Positions 9,083 to 17,900 of a stretch of DNA of 64,000 nt are shown here, piece by piece (within the stretch, counting starts at the first letter, position 1; each line of letters begins with the position of its first letter). The notes beneath the pieces are model-generated. The model was not told where the DNA came from. It made no database searches and saw only the letters and a program-made list of their open reading frames with translations. The translations under genes and the position numbers were made by a program. Source of the DNA: Rubripirellula sp. (GTDB lineage Bacteria > Planctomycetota > Planctomycetia > Pirellulales > Pirellulaceae); NCBI GenBank assembly GCA_965216875.1, contig OZ244207.1, positions 6,592,001 to 6,656,000 of the forward strand, read 5' to 3'.

Positions 9083-10126
9083 GTGTCACTAACAGCCCTA
9101 TTTGCAGACGCAGTCGGAAAGTGGAAACATCGTCCGGTCGTCCATGTCGACATGGAGGCAGGCTTTCCAGATGTCTCAGAGGCACCCCCGGACAGCCGAC
9201 GTTTGATTCGCGACCGACGATACAGCCGCGTGCTTTCGAGCCAAGGCGATGTGCCGTTTGATGATGTGTCGATCCGATGCGCTTGGAAAGCGCTCTCGCA
9301 CGAAATGGCAATCGTTCCTGGTGGCGAAGTGCGTTTGATGAGCGATACCGCCGTTGACCAAGGCTACGGTTACGAACTTGCGTCGTACGCCGGCGAGATG
9401 GTTGCGGTCGAATCGATCTATCTCGATCGAGACTGCATCACCAACGCCGACTACGCTCGCTTTGTTGATGCCGGTGGCTATGGCGACGTCAACCTGTGGC
9501 CCGAAGAAACGCTACCCAACGTGTTGCAATTCGTCGACCGTAGTGGCCGACCGGGACCATGTTTCTGGAGCGACGGCAAGCCACCAGAGGACCAGCTTGA
9601 TCATCCGGTCACTGGCATCTGTTGGTACGAAGCCAACGCGTTCGCGACTTGGGCGGGCAAGCGATTGCCAACGACCGAAGAATGGCAGCGCGCCGGAACT
9701 TGGCCGAAAGGACATTCGGGTGACACCGCCGAGCAACGGTATCCGTGGGGTAACTCATTCGATCCAGCCAAGGCCAACGTCTGGGCCAGCAACTTGGGCG
9801 GGACCGTTCCCGTGAGCCAAATCAATTCGGGGAACACTCCCAATGGTGTTCGCCAATTGGTTGGCAACGTTTGGGAATGGGTCGACGCTCAGTTCTATCC
9901 CGGTGCCTGTGAAGGCGCGTCAATTGTTCTCGACCAAACGATGGCCGAGATTCGCGGCGGTGCGTTCGACACGTACTTCCCCTCACAGGCGACCTGCCAA
10001 TTCCGCACCGGTCAACCATTGTTGTTCCGAGGTGCGAATGTCGGCTTCCGCTGTTGTGTTTCGGCAAACAGTTTGCCCAACCCACCTGAAAACCAACCTG
10101 CCAATAACGACGAGCCGCAATCATGA
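9083..10126 (+). CDS. Formylglycine-generating-enzyme (FGE/SUMF1)-fold protein, probably non-catalytic and cytoplasmic
   Basis: Motifs ITNADYARFV, HPVTGICWYEANAFATWAGKRLPTTEEW, YPWGN, NGVRQLVGNVWEW, RGG and VGFRC. No signal peptide is evident. Confidence 0.9.
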   Translation: MSLTALFADAVGKWKHRPVVHVDMEAGFPDVSEAPPDSRRLIRDRRYSRVLSSQGDVPFDDVSIRCAWKALSHEMAIVPGGEVRLMSDTAVDQGYGYELASYAGEMVAVESIYLDRDCITNADYARFVDAGGYGDVNLWPEETLPNVLQFVDRSGRPGPCFWSDGKPPEDQLDHPVTGICWYEANAFATWAGKRLPTTEEWQRAGTWPKGHSGDTAEQRYPWGNSFDPAKANVWASNLGGTVPVSQINSGNTPNGVRQLVGNVWEWVDAQFYPGACEGASIVLDQTMAEIRGGAFDTYFPSQATCQFRTGQPLLFRGANVGFRCCVSANSLPNPPENQPANNDEPQS

Positions 10127-11037
10127 TGACCACTCAACTGATTGATGGAATGCCAAGCATGGCAACGGAATGCATCTGCTGTCGCACTCGGCTCGCCGAG
10201 CAAGACGAATACTGTGGCGAATGCCAGACACCGGCATCGCTTTCGCGAACGGTGACGAACCGCGTCGGCGAACAGAACTTCATTTCCGTTCTCGGCGCCA
10301 GTAACGCTGGAAAGACCGTCTACTTGGGATTGCTGTTGGACATCCTTAGCAAGGGTCCCGACGAATTCCGCGGATCGGCGACAAGTGCGTTTTCGGTCGA
10401 CCTGCAAGAACAGGTGGTGACCGCTCTCGAACGCCGCACGTTCCCCGAAAAGACTCCCGCCGAAGCCGACGAATGGAAGTGGCTGCACTGCCAGATTTCG
10501 ATGGCCGGTGCAGGCAAGAAAGGCGCGACCGAAAACGTCGACTTGATTTCACCCGACTTCGCTGGCGAAGCGATCGCGATGGAGATCAACCAAGCTGGAC
10601 TCTATCCCGCGATCAAACATGTCGTCTCCAAATCGAGTGGTGTGCTGATCCTTTGCGACTCGATTCGAGTCCGCGATGAAGGAAGCAGCGAAGACTTGTT
10701 TGCGATGAAGCTCGCTTCATACATCGCCCAGCTTCATGGACTCAACGGCGACTTTTCCAAGAAAGGCTCGGCTGGTCCTTCGGTCGCCATCGTGTTCACC
10801 AAATGCGATGGTTGTCCGGAAGCGGTTGAAGATCCAGCGGCATTTGCGGCGAACAACACGTCGCGACTGTACGAGTTCTGTCGCCGCACGTTCCAACGCC
10901 ACGCCTTCTTTGCGGCAAGTGTTGCTGGAAGCTCGGGGATTTTGGCTGACGAACACGGCGTGCAAATGCGTTTGCCGTTCCACACCCAACCTCAAGGTGT
11001 CGTCGAACCACTGCAATGGATCGTCGGACGCGGTTGA
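10123..11037 (+). CDS. Zinc-ribbon + TRAFAC-class P-loop GTPase (double-GTPase/GAP1-system-like)
   Basis: CICC..YCGEC zinc ribbon; G1 GASNAGKT; candidate G2 Thr (PEKT); G3 DFAGE; G4 FTKCD; G5-like AAS. The start overlaps the upstream stop. Confidence 0.82.
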   Translation: MMTTQLIDGMPSMATECICCRTRLAEQDEYCGECQTPASLSRTVTNRVGEQNFISVLGASNAGKTVYLGLLLDILSKGPDEFRGSATSAFSVDLQEQVVTALERRTFPEKTPAEADEWKWLHCQISMAGAGKKGATENVDLISPDFAGEAIAMEINQAGLYPAIKHVVSKSSGVLILCDSIRVRDEGSSEDLFAMKLASYIAQLHGLNGDFSKKGSAGPSVAIVFTKCDGCPEAVEDPAAFAANNTSRLYEFCRRTFQRHAFFAASVAGSSGILADEHGVQMRLPFHTQPQGVVEPLQWIVGRG

Positions 11038-11049
11038 TCAGGAGAAGTT

Positions 11050-11760
11050 GTGTCGCAACCGATGCAGATTCAACAGGCGATCTTCACGTCGTCTGATCGA
11101 GGAACGATGAAGGGGTACCAGCTGGTCGCAAAATCAGCTGGTGTCGATCGGGCGTGCGCCCAAGAGCTTTGTCGTTGGTCGCCTTCGCAGATGACCAGCG
11201 ATGACCCTTCGCGATGGACGATCAACTACTTTCCCGTTCTCGACGATCACGTCGCAGTGACTCGTACCGTTTTGGGCGGGCCGGAATACAGTGCCCGCGG
11301 TGGCATCCAAGTCGTGACGCTGATCTTGGTGCTCACGAACGATCAATTCGCAAACTACGGATGCAACGCCGTTTCCATTGCTCGGACCGCAATGTTGTAC
11401 GGTTGGCTCCGGTTGCCCCTGGATGTTGGGCGGCAAGCGTTGGAAACGATTCAGTTGCCACACAAGCCATTGGTTGAACCGGTCGTCGTTCCTGATCACG
11501 AAGACGCACTGCTTCAATCGGTGATGTCGATGGTTCGTGAGTCACGACGCGTCGCGATCATTGGCGACCATGACCCGCTGGGAACCATCGAGACTCTGAT
11601 CGCTTGGTTGCCCGTGGAATCGAGAAGGGCATTCAGCTTCACAACCGGATTGGCGCCAGCCGTCCGCCGACCGTTCCAAACCCATTTCTTGGACAACGTC
11701 TCCAACTCGACGCAGCGGACACTCGATTCGCAAAGCATCGCCTGCGTCGCCGCCTGTTAG
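11050..11760 (+). CDS. GTPase-associated protein 1 (GAP1-N2)-like domain protein
   Basis: The N-terminus QQAIFTSSDRG..KGYQLVAKSAGV, the EYSARGG motif and the later LP..SRRAFSFTT resemble GAP1-N2/GAP1-M domains found next to TRAFAC GTPases (recalled family pattern, not searched). RBS AGGAG precedes GTG 11050. Confidence 0.6.
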   Translation: MSQPMQIQQAIFTSSDRGTMKGYQLVAKSAGVDRACAQELCRWSPSQMTSDDPSRWTINYFPVLDDHVAVTRTVLGGPEYSARGGIQVVTLILVLTNDQFANYGCNAVSIARTAMLYGWLRLPLDVGRQALETIQLPHKPLVEPVVVPDHEDALLQSVMSMVRESRRVAIIGDHDPLGTIETLIAWLPVESRRAFSFTTGLAPAVRRPFQTHFLDNVSNSTQRTLDSQSIACVAAC

Positions 11761-11778
11761 GAAGGCCGCGCGATACGT

Positions 11779-11930
11779 TGGGGGCGTTTGCAGATGCCCC
11801 ACGCTCTGGCGAGCGTAGCTAGCTACGGGAAACCCCATGTAGGCCGAATCTGTAGGCCGAATCAAGGAGCGTCAGCGACGCAGATCCGGCATGATTCCTC
11901 GGGGCCCGACGTTAGGCCGATCGGCTCACG
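11779..11930. repeat. Intergenic cluster of palindromic REP-like elements and hairpins downstream of the operon (possible terminator role)
   Basis: Hairpin ggggcgttt-gc-agatgcccc (11781-11800); ccacgctctggcgagcgtagct..acg; direct repeat tgtaggccgaatc x2 (11838-11863) followed by gcgtc-agc-gacgc; ggcccgacgttaggccgatcggctcac (11903-11929), which is similar to 13974-14001. Confidence 0.75.
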
Positions 11931-12061
11931 CTCCCGATCACAGCTGCGGTGTCGTGTAACGGACAGGCGTTCATGATTGCAGTCTCGGCGCAGAGCTCTT
12001 AGGCTCAAGGTTGGCGTCGAATGCAGTTCCCATTCGCTCGCTTGTTCGAGAGGTCAGTTAA

Positions 12062-12835
12062 ATGTGCCGATCTGCCGCTTTGTGTCTGTTCACGTTGTCG
12101 ACGTTTTGTATGACGGTCCAGGCCGAGGTCAACGAAACGAAAGAGTATCCGAACGTCTACCACAGCCCTGCTGCCGAAAAGATTGCACCGGTTTTTCACA
12201 GCGTCGTGCAGATGGAGTTGGTTGTCAAAAAAGGGGACGCCGATTCTTCGGTTCAATACGTCAATGGCGTTGTGCTTAACCGCGATGGTTTGATCGCATC
12301 GGTCGTCAACACTCCGGGCGAAGGGGCGCCGGAAACGGGCGGGATCGAGGCAGCAACGATCTTGATGCTGGATGGTTCGGGTGCCAAAGCGGAATTGGTT
12401 CGCTATTCATCCGACCATGGCGTCGCTCTTTTCCAAGCTCCGGGATTGGACGTTCGCCCAATCGCATTGGCCGAGACGCCGCTGGTCGCTGGCCGCCGAG
12501 TCTTGTGGCACACGGTATTCAAAGAGGGACGCAAAACGTACCTCTACACCCGGGCACTCAAAGTCTACAAAGCATCTCATACGGTCGGCTCGGCCGATGA
12601 TCTTTGCTTGATCATCGACCACGAAAGCAGTTCGCTCACAGCCGAGAGATCGGGTTCGGCGCTCGTTGGTCCCGATGGGACGTTGCTTGGTCTGATGGGC
12701 TACCAACCTCACTGGGATGTGACCAAGAATCGATCGCCGCGTACGAAGACAGCTTGGGCCGTCCCTGCGGCCGTGATCGCCGAGTTGATCGCACCCCAGG
12801 ATCCTGCATCGGAACTCGCGTCGACAGAACGTTGA
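12062..12835 (+). CDS. Secreted trypsin-like (S1/HtrA-fold) protein, catalytic triad apparently degenerate
   Basis: Signal peptide (..TVQA-E). NGVVLNRDGLIASVV, DHGVALF and RSGSALVGPDGTLLGL align with the S1 His, Asp and Ser motifs. Confidence 0.65.
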   Translation: MCRSAALCLFTLSTFCMTVQAEVNETKEYPNVYHSPAAEKIAPVFHSVVQMELVVKKGDADSSVQYVNGVVLNRDGLIASVVNTPGEGAPETGGIEAATILMLDGSGAKAELVRYSSDHGVALFQAPGLDVRPIALAETPLVAGRRVLWHTVFKEGRKTYLYTRALKVYKASHTVGSADDLCLIIDHESSSLTAERSGSALVGPDGTLLGLMGYQPHWDVTKNRSPRTKTAWAVPAAVIAELIAPQDPASELASTER

Positions 12836-12911
12836 ATCGTACATTCCGCTCGCCGAGCGTTACTCGGTCGACTTGTCTGACGACCAGTCGATCGAGTGCG
12901 CGTCGGTGAAC

Positions 12912-13730
12912 TCATTTGCCGATCAACATCGACCCGACCAAGAACGCCAGTAGTCCGATCGGATAAACGATGCCGACGTTGGCCATGTTGGAACTGGTCA
13001 AGTTGTCGAGCGCTTCTTGGGTGTCGTTCAAATCGTGCAGCTTGCCTTCTTTTTTGGCTGCGGCGTAAACCGCAAAGAAGCTGACCATTTCTGGGATGCT
13101 GGTGACGACGCCCAGGATCCAGCCAGCGATCGCGGGGTGGACGCCAAGTTTTTCGACCACGTCGGCCGTTGCGTCGCCCAAAAAGATGCCGGCTACGGCG
13201 ACCGCAACCAGCGCGGTGATGCCCAAGATGATTCCAAATGGCAGGTTGCCGACCGCTTCGTCAGTTTCTTCATCCACCTTGGCGGGACGATTGACGGCGC
13301 GATCGACCAATCGGTAGAGAGCAAAGAAGCCGAGCAGGATGGGGACGAGTGACCAATGCGTGTCGGTGCCGAATCGCATCAGCACGATGGGGACGCCGAT
13401 CGCGAGTCCGGCGAAAAGGACTTCGTCGACAAACCGCTTGTTGAACAGTTCGCCGAATTGACGATAGGAGACCATGGCAAAGAACATCAGTCCGGCGTTG
13501 ATGATGTTCGAGCTCGCGATGTTCCAAAGTCCGGCCTGCCAGACACCGGCGAGTCCGGCGGAGACGAGGCAAACGAATTCGGGAACGCTGGTGGCGTAAC
13601 CGGTGACTTGACCGCGCGTTTTGGCGCTCCAGTTCATCGCACCGGCAACGAGGTGTATCCCGCGCAGAAGTCCGTATTTGACAAAGGCGATGATGGCGAT
13701 CGCCGAGATGATCATGACGATCGCAGACAT
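12912..13730 (-). CDS. Na+/Ca2+ (CaCA family) exchanger-like membrane protein
   Basis: Two alpha-repeat motifs, ATSVPE..NIASSNIIN and VTSIPE..NLTSSNMAN, plus many TM helices. Confidence 0.85.
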   Translation of the reverse strand: MSAIVMIISAIAIIAFVKYGLLRGIHLVAGAMNWSAKTRGQVTGYATSVPEFVCLVSAGLAGVWQAGLWNIASSNIINAGLMFFAMVSYRQFGELFNKRFVDEVLFAGLAIGVPIVLMRFGTDTHWSLVPILLGFFALYRLVDRAVNRPAKVDEETDEAVGNLPFGIILGITALVAVAVAGIFLGDATADVVEKLGVHPAIAGWILGVVTSIPEMVSFFAVYAAAKKEGKLHDLNDTQEALDNLTSSNMANVGIVYPIGLLAFLVGSMLIGK

Positions 13731-13863
13731 GATGGCAGAGTCCTCGCACCGGCCCCGCGGAAAAGGAGCCCAGGTTAAGGATTGTGGTCACAGCGGGCAA
13801 GAGAGCACGATTCGGCGCGTGTTTGAGGTGAGAAGCCACCGAGTTCACCGTGAGAGGATCAGG

Positions 13864-14001
13864 CACCTCGTTACCACGCTCCCGCGTGGTAACACACGCT
13901 CGGACGCTCCGCGTCCGCTTCGTAGGTCATGCTTCGCATGACAAGCGTTCGCATAGCGGGCTGTTGAGGTGTAAGGCCCGACGCTAGCGCGTTCGGCTCA
14001 C
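13864..14001 (+). repeat. Composite REP-like array, left copy (inverted partner at 29648-29776)
   Basis: Ordered modules: ctcgttaccacgctcccgcgtggtaac, ggacgctccgcgtcc, gtaggtcatgcttcgcatgac, spacer, gtaaggcccgacgctagcgcgttcggctcac. Confidence 0.88.
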
Positions 14002-14018
14002 GGGCCAATCCACAGTCG

Positions 14019-14083
14019 GTTCGTCGTCCCGCCTTTCGGCGGAAGAGGCTGAAGATTCCGGCTAAAGCTCGGTACTACGAACG
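14019..14083. repeat. REPIN-like inverted pair (GTAG-type REP family)
   Basis: gttcgtcgtcccgcctttcggcggaa ... ttccggctaaagctcggtactacgaac: imperfect inverted ends, each with an internal hairpin. Confidence 0.7.
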
Positions 14084-14152
14084 GGTGGCTCGTCACCAAT
14101 CATCGTTTCGCAGTTTTGGCGACCCGAGTCGTCGTGCAACACTCAATTGCTT

Positions 14153-14467
14153 TTACTCGGGGATGATCGAATGGACCGCTCCCTTCCATCCTTCTTCGTC
14201 GCAATGAGCGGAGCCTTTGAGATGGAAGGTGTCTGTGCCATCGGTCACCCAGATATCTTCGGTGGGTGACAGGTCGCCGAACGAGCGGTTGGTCCGCCAC
14301 CGAACGACTCGCAATTTCGAGCGTTGATCCTCCGTGAACCGGTCATCCTCCAAGACCGAATTCCAAATCGCTCGTTCTGCTTCAGTACACGGATGAATCG
14401 AAGGCATGAACTGGTAACCAACGACCAGAGCCAACACGATCAACACGTTTCGGATTGATTGTCGCAT
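14153..14467 (-). CDS. Small membrane-anchored/secreted hypothetical protein (possible second or orphan immunity protein)
   Basis: 104-aa ORF with an N-terminal hydrophobic helix and a Cys pair; third gene in the Rhs transcription direction. Confidence 0.6.
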   Translation of the reverse strand: MRQSIRNVLIVLALVVGYQFMPSIHPCTEAERAIWNSVLEDDRFTEDQRSKLRVVRWRTNRSFGDLSPTEDIWVTDGTDTFHLKGSAHCDEEGWKGAVHSIIPE

Positions 14468-14501
14468 CGCTTTCTTCCCGAAGGCAAGGCATGACGATTT
14501 G

Positions 14502-14948
14502 TTAGCTCACGATTGAAAACTTTGTTAGCTTGCCGTCAGAGTCAAACCAAAGTCGCAGAGTGAAAGGACCCTTCAAGGTATGGCCGCGCGAGCCAAGGTC
14601 GTAGCGAGCAATTTCTATTTGGCCACCCACCTTTGACTCTCGGACGGCGAACGGTTTACCCAACAACCGTTCAATTTCACTGAACGACGCATGGTGAAGA
14701 ATCGACGCTTTCGGTATGTCCGTCTTGGAACAAGTGTAGTCAGTCGCGCTCGCATCCGGCCAAGCAAGCAGGGACGCGAGCATTTCTCCTCGGTCCTGTT
14801 TGTCGTCAACTTTCCAGCTGAAGCTGTTGAATTCCTTGGCATTGCTGTTTTGTGAGTGCCAAGTATTAAAAATAAATCCGCTAAGCAAAAAGACTGCGGT
14901 CAATGCAACCGCGATCGTTGAGAACCGAATTGGATCGTTCTTGGTCAT
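14502..14948 (-). CDS. Putative cognate immunity protein of the Rhs toxin (membrane-anchored, SmpA/BamE-like motif)
   Basis: Starts 5 bp after the Rhs stop and is AT-richer than the genome. It has an N-terminal TM helix and the pattern SEIERLLGKP..ARYDLG..LRLWFDSDGKL. Confidence 0.7.
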   Translation of the reverse strand: MTKNDPIRFSTIAVALTAVFLLSGFIFNTWHSQNSNAKEFNSFSWKVDDKQDRGEMLASLLAWPDASATDYTCSKTDIPKASILHHASFSEIERLLGKPFAVRESKVGGQIEIARYDLGSRGHTLKGPFTLRLWFDSDGKLTKFSIVS

Positions 14949-14953
14949 TGGAT

Positions 14954-17900
14954 CTATTCGAAGTAGAAAATGTAATCAACAGGAATTCCATCAGGGCAGT
15001 TCTCAAGCCTAGTTCCGTTCGGAAGAATCCCCTCGGTGGAGAACAGGTTGTCCTGATCGCGTCGAAGTTCCCAGATTTGATAGTAGAAGTTTTCAAACAT
15101 AAAGGCTGTCAACCAAGAGGTCGCATAAATGATTCCGCCTCCGTTGTCCTTAAATGAATTGCCCCACTGTAGCAAGTCGTAGCCCCAAGCCATGCTGAAG
15201 GCTGTCACGCGGCCTGGCACGCGTTCTTCACTCAAATGACTTAAGAATGGGTGTGATCCAGAGGCTTCGTTGAGTGAGTGGAATACGTTTTCGACCACAG
15301 TTTCATGGTAGCGGTTTATGTGATCATATCGGCCCTCTGTTCCGTGGCTTCCGATTCCGTTGACTGGTTTCGTAGCACCGTCTCCCGGACTTACGAAGGT
15401 ATGGAATGCTGCGGAGTGGGCAATGGCATTTGATAGGTCCGTTTCTTTTGCGCGTACGCTGGTTCCTAGCAATGAAGTGGAGTTGACAATTGTGCCCGTA
15501 TGTTCGAACGCAATAACCGTTGGATTGCCGCCGTTGCTATACCCCGCGACATGAATGGGCTCGGAACTCCCTAGGCGTCGTTTTTCCACAGCTATTGATT
15601 CGATGAGCTTCCCGAGTTCTTCGCCCGCCGCACGATTTAGCTTCGCTTTTGTGCTCAAGATGGCGTTAGATGTTCCAGGCGGTTGCGGGTCAGTTCCGGC
15701 GCTTGAGCGCTCTCCGTATTTGAAGTGAATGATTTTCTGTTTCGGGCCGCTTTTCTGATCCAGTCGTTCGGCAAAAGCTGCGATTTCGCGATTGTTCAGA
15801 TTCTGGATGCCGTGAACGATAATAATCACTCGTCCATCTGGGTCGATGGCGTTGATCGGGTGGTTGGCGGTGTAGCGAGTGAGGTTGGTGTCGCCTGAAG
15901 CGAAGCTAATCGGATCTTCGCTGACCCAGTTGCCTGTCTCTGCGTCGTACCAGCGGTGGTGGTTGTTTTGAAGTTCGGTCGACTCATCGTAGGGACGGCC
16001 GGTGAAACCGAACAGTGAGTCGATCGCCGCGTCGGTCTCGGATACCACATTCCCATAGCTGTCGTATTGGATGTGGTTGATCGGAGAACCGGATGAATCG
16101 ACGAGATCACGGACTGATCCCAGGTGATCCGAAAGTGGATAAACGACTTCGTTGGTGACCGCATCTTCCTCGGCAAGGATCTGGTCAACGACCGCGCCCC
16201 AGGCATAGCGGTCACTCACTCCGGCGTCGGAGCGTGCCAGGACGATATTGCTGCCGTCATAGTCGTAGAAGGTTGTTTCCGCATCGATGGGTCCGTCGCC
16301 ATCGACGTCGACTGACTTGCTGATCCAGCGGTTGAACGGATCGTAGCGGTGATAAACGTGATGGATCGCATCATCGCCGGCGGACGCGCGCTGGATGACT
16401 TCGGTCAATCGATTTCGATGGTCCCACCGATACTCGGTCACATTGCCGGTTTGCGTGTCGGTGCGCAGGATCCGATTGCCTTCGTTGTCATACTCGTATT
16501 GGACGGGTCCGTTCGACATGATGCGGTTGTGATCGCCCGTGGTTTGCCCAACGCCAGCTCGGTTGCCGTTTTCGTCGTAAGTATAAGATTCGTTGGCTTG
16601 GCCGGTATGACTGGCCGAGGTCAATTGGTTGTCATTGTCGTACCCGTAGTTCGACGGTCCATCGACAAGACTATCCACCTGTGTGATGCGACTGGCGATG
16701 TCGTATTCGAATTGATAGCCAGCAATGGAGGTGCCTGTTGAGTTGATGTGCGAGATTGACTGGAGTCGGGCCTGTCCGTCAAAGGCGTAGTCAGACGTTG
16801 CGATGGTTTGAGTTCCAGCAAGATCGGCGTACCGGGCAAGTTGCGTCAGTTGACTTGCACGATTGAATTCGAAATCGAATCGTTTCGGAGAAACCGTAGC
16901 GCCTGGTTGCGACGACTGGGTCAATACTGAAAGACGGTGCAGCGCGTCATACGAATAGGTGTTCTCGAAATCGAGCGATCCATCGATGTTGGCTGCGAGA
17001 CGGGTACGGCGGTTCTGGGCATCAAACTCGTTGTGCAAACCAACCACGACACTTTCATTGGTCGAGTCGATCGTTATCGCGCGGCCGAGACGATCGTAGG
17101 CATAGTCGTATCGGCTCTGGGCGACCGAATCCTCGACCGCGAGGACTTGGTTGGCAACGTCATAGGTCGTGGTGATTGACCGTGTCACGTTTTCGGTGTC
17201 GCCGATCCAATGCTCGGCGATCGGTCGATGAAGATGATCGTAATCGTGACGCGTCACGCGACCATTGCGATCGGTTACCTCGACCAGATTGTTCATTGCG
17301 TCATAGTCGTAGCGTCGAGAAACGGCACTTCCGTCAAGTGAAATCGTCTCGGTCGTGTTGCGGTCGAGTTGATCGTATTGCCAACGCGTCGTGTTGCCGG
17401 AGGGGTCAGTGAGTGAGAGGAGGTTGCCGACTAGGTCATAGGTGTAGCTGGTCGTTGGATGTCCAAGGGGCCCAGTCGCACCGTCGAGATCCTCACGAAC
17501 CTGTGACGTTCGGCGGTACAGATTGTCGTAGGTGTACTGGGTAAGATAGCCGTTAGGGTCAATGGTCGACGTTTGGTTTCCAACTGAATCGAAAGTGAAG
17601 TGGGTGGTCGCCGCCGCAAGCGGACCCGTTCCGTCCGGATCGGGATCGATGACGGTGATCACACGCCCAAGGTCGTCGTAGTGGTTTGTGGACGTTCGCC
17701 CAAGAGGGTCGGTCACGGTGATCGGCTGACTGGCAACGTCATACGTGTAGGTGGTGATGGGAGAAGTTAGTGGTCCAGTCGGTCCGTCAGGATCGGCTTG
17801 GATGGTAGCGGTGTTTCGATAAAGGTTGTCGTATACGAACTGAGTGACGCTTCCCACGGCGTCAGTGCTGGATGTTTGGTTTCCAACCGAATCATAGGTG

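Noticed and set aside
10123..11037. MglA-family GTPase call
   Set aside because: It lacks the MglA G1 (GPGLSGKTT) and TVPGQ motifs, and no roadblock MglB is adjacent; the motifs fit a different TRAFAC GTPase group.
11779..14083. Palindromic repeats as a possible CRISPR array
   Set aside because: There are no regularly spaced identical repeats with unique spacers and no cas genes; the elements are heterogeneous REP-like hairpins.
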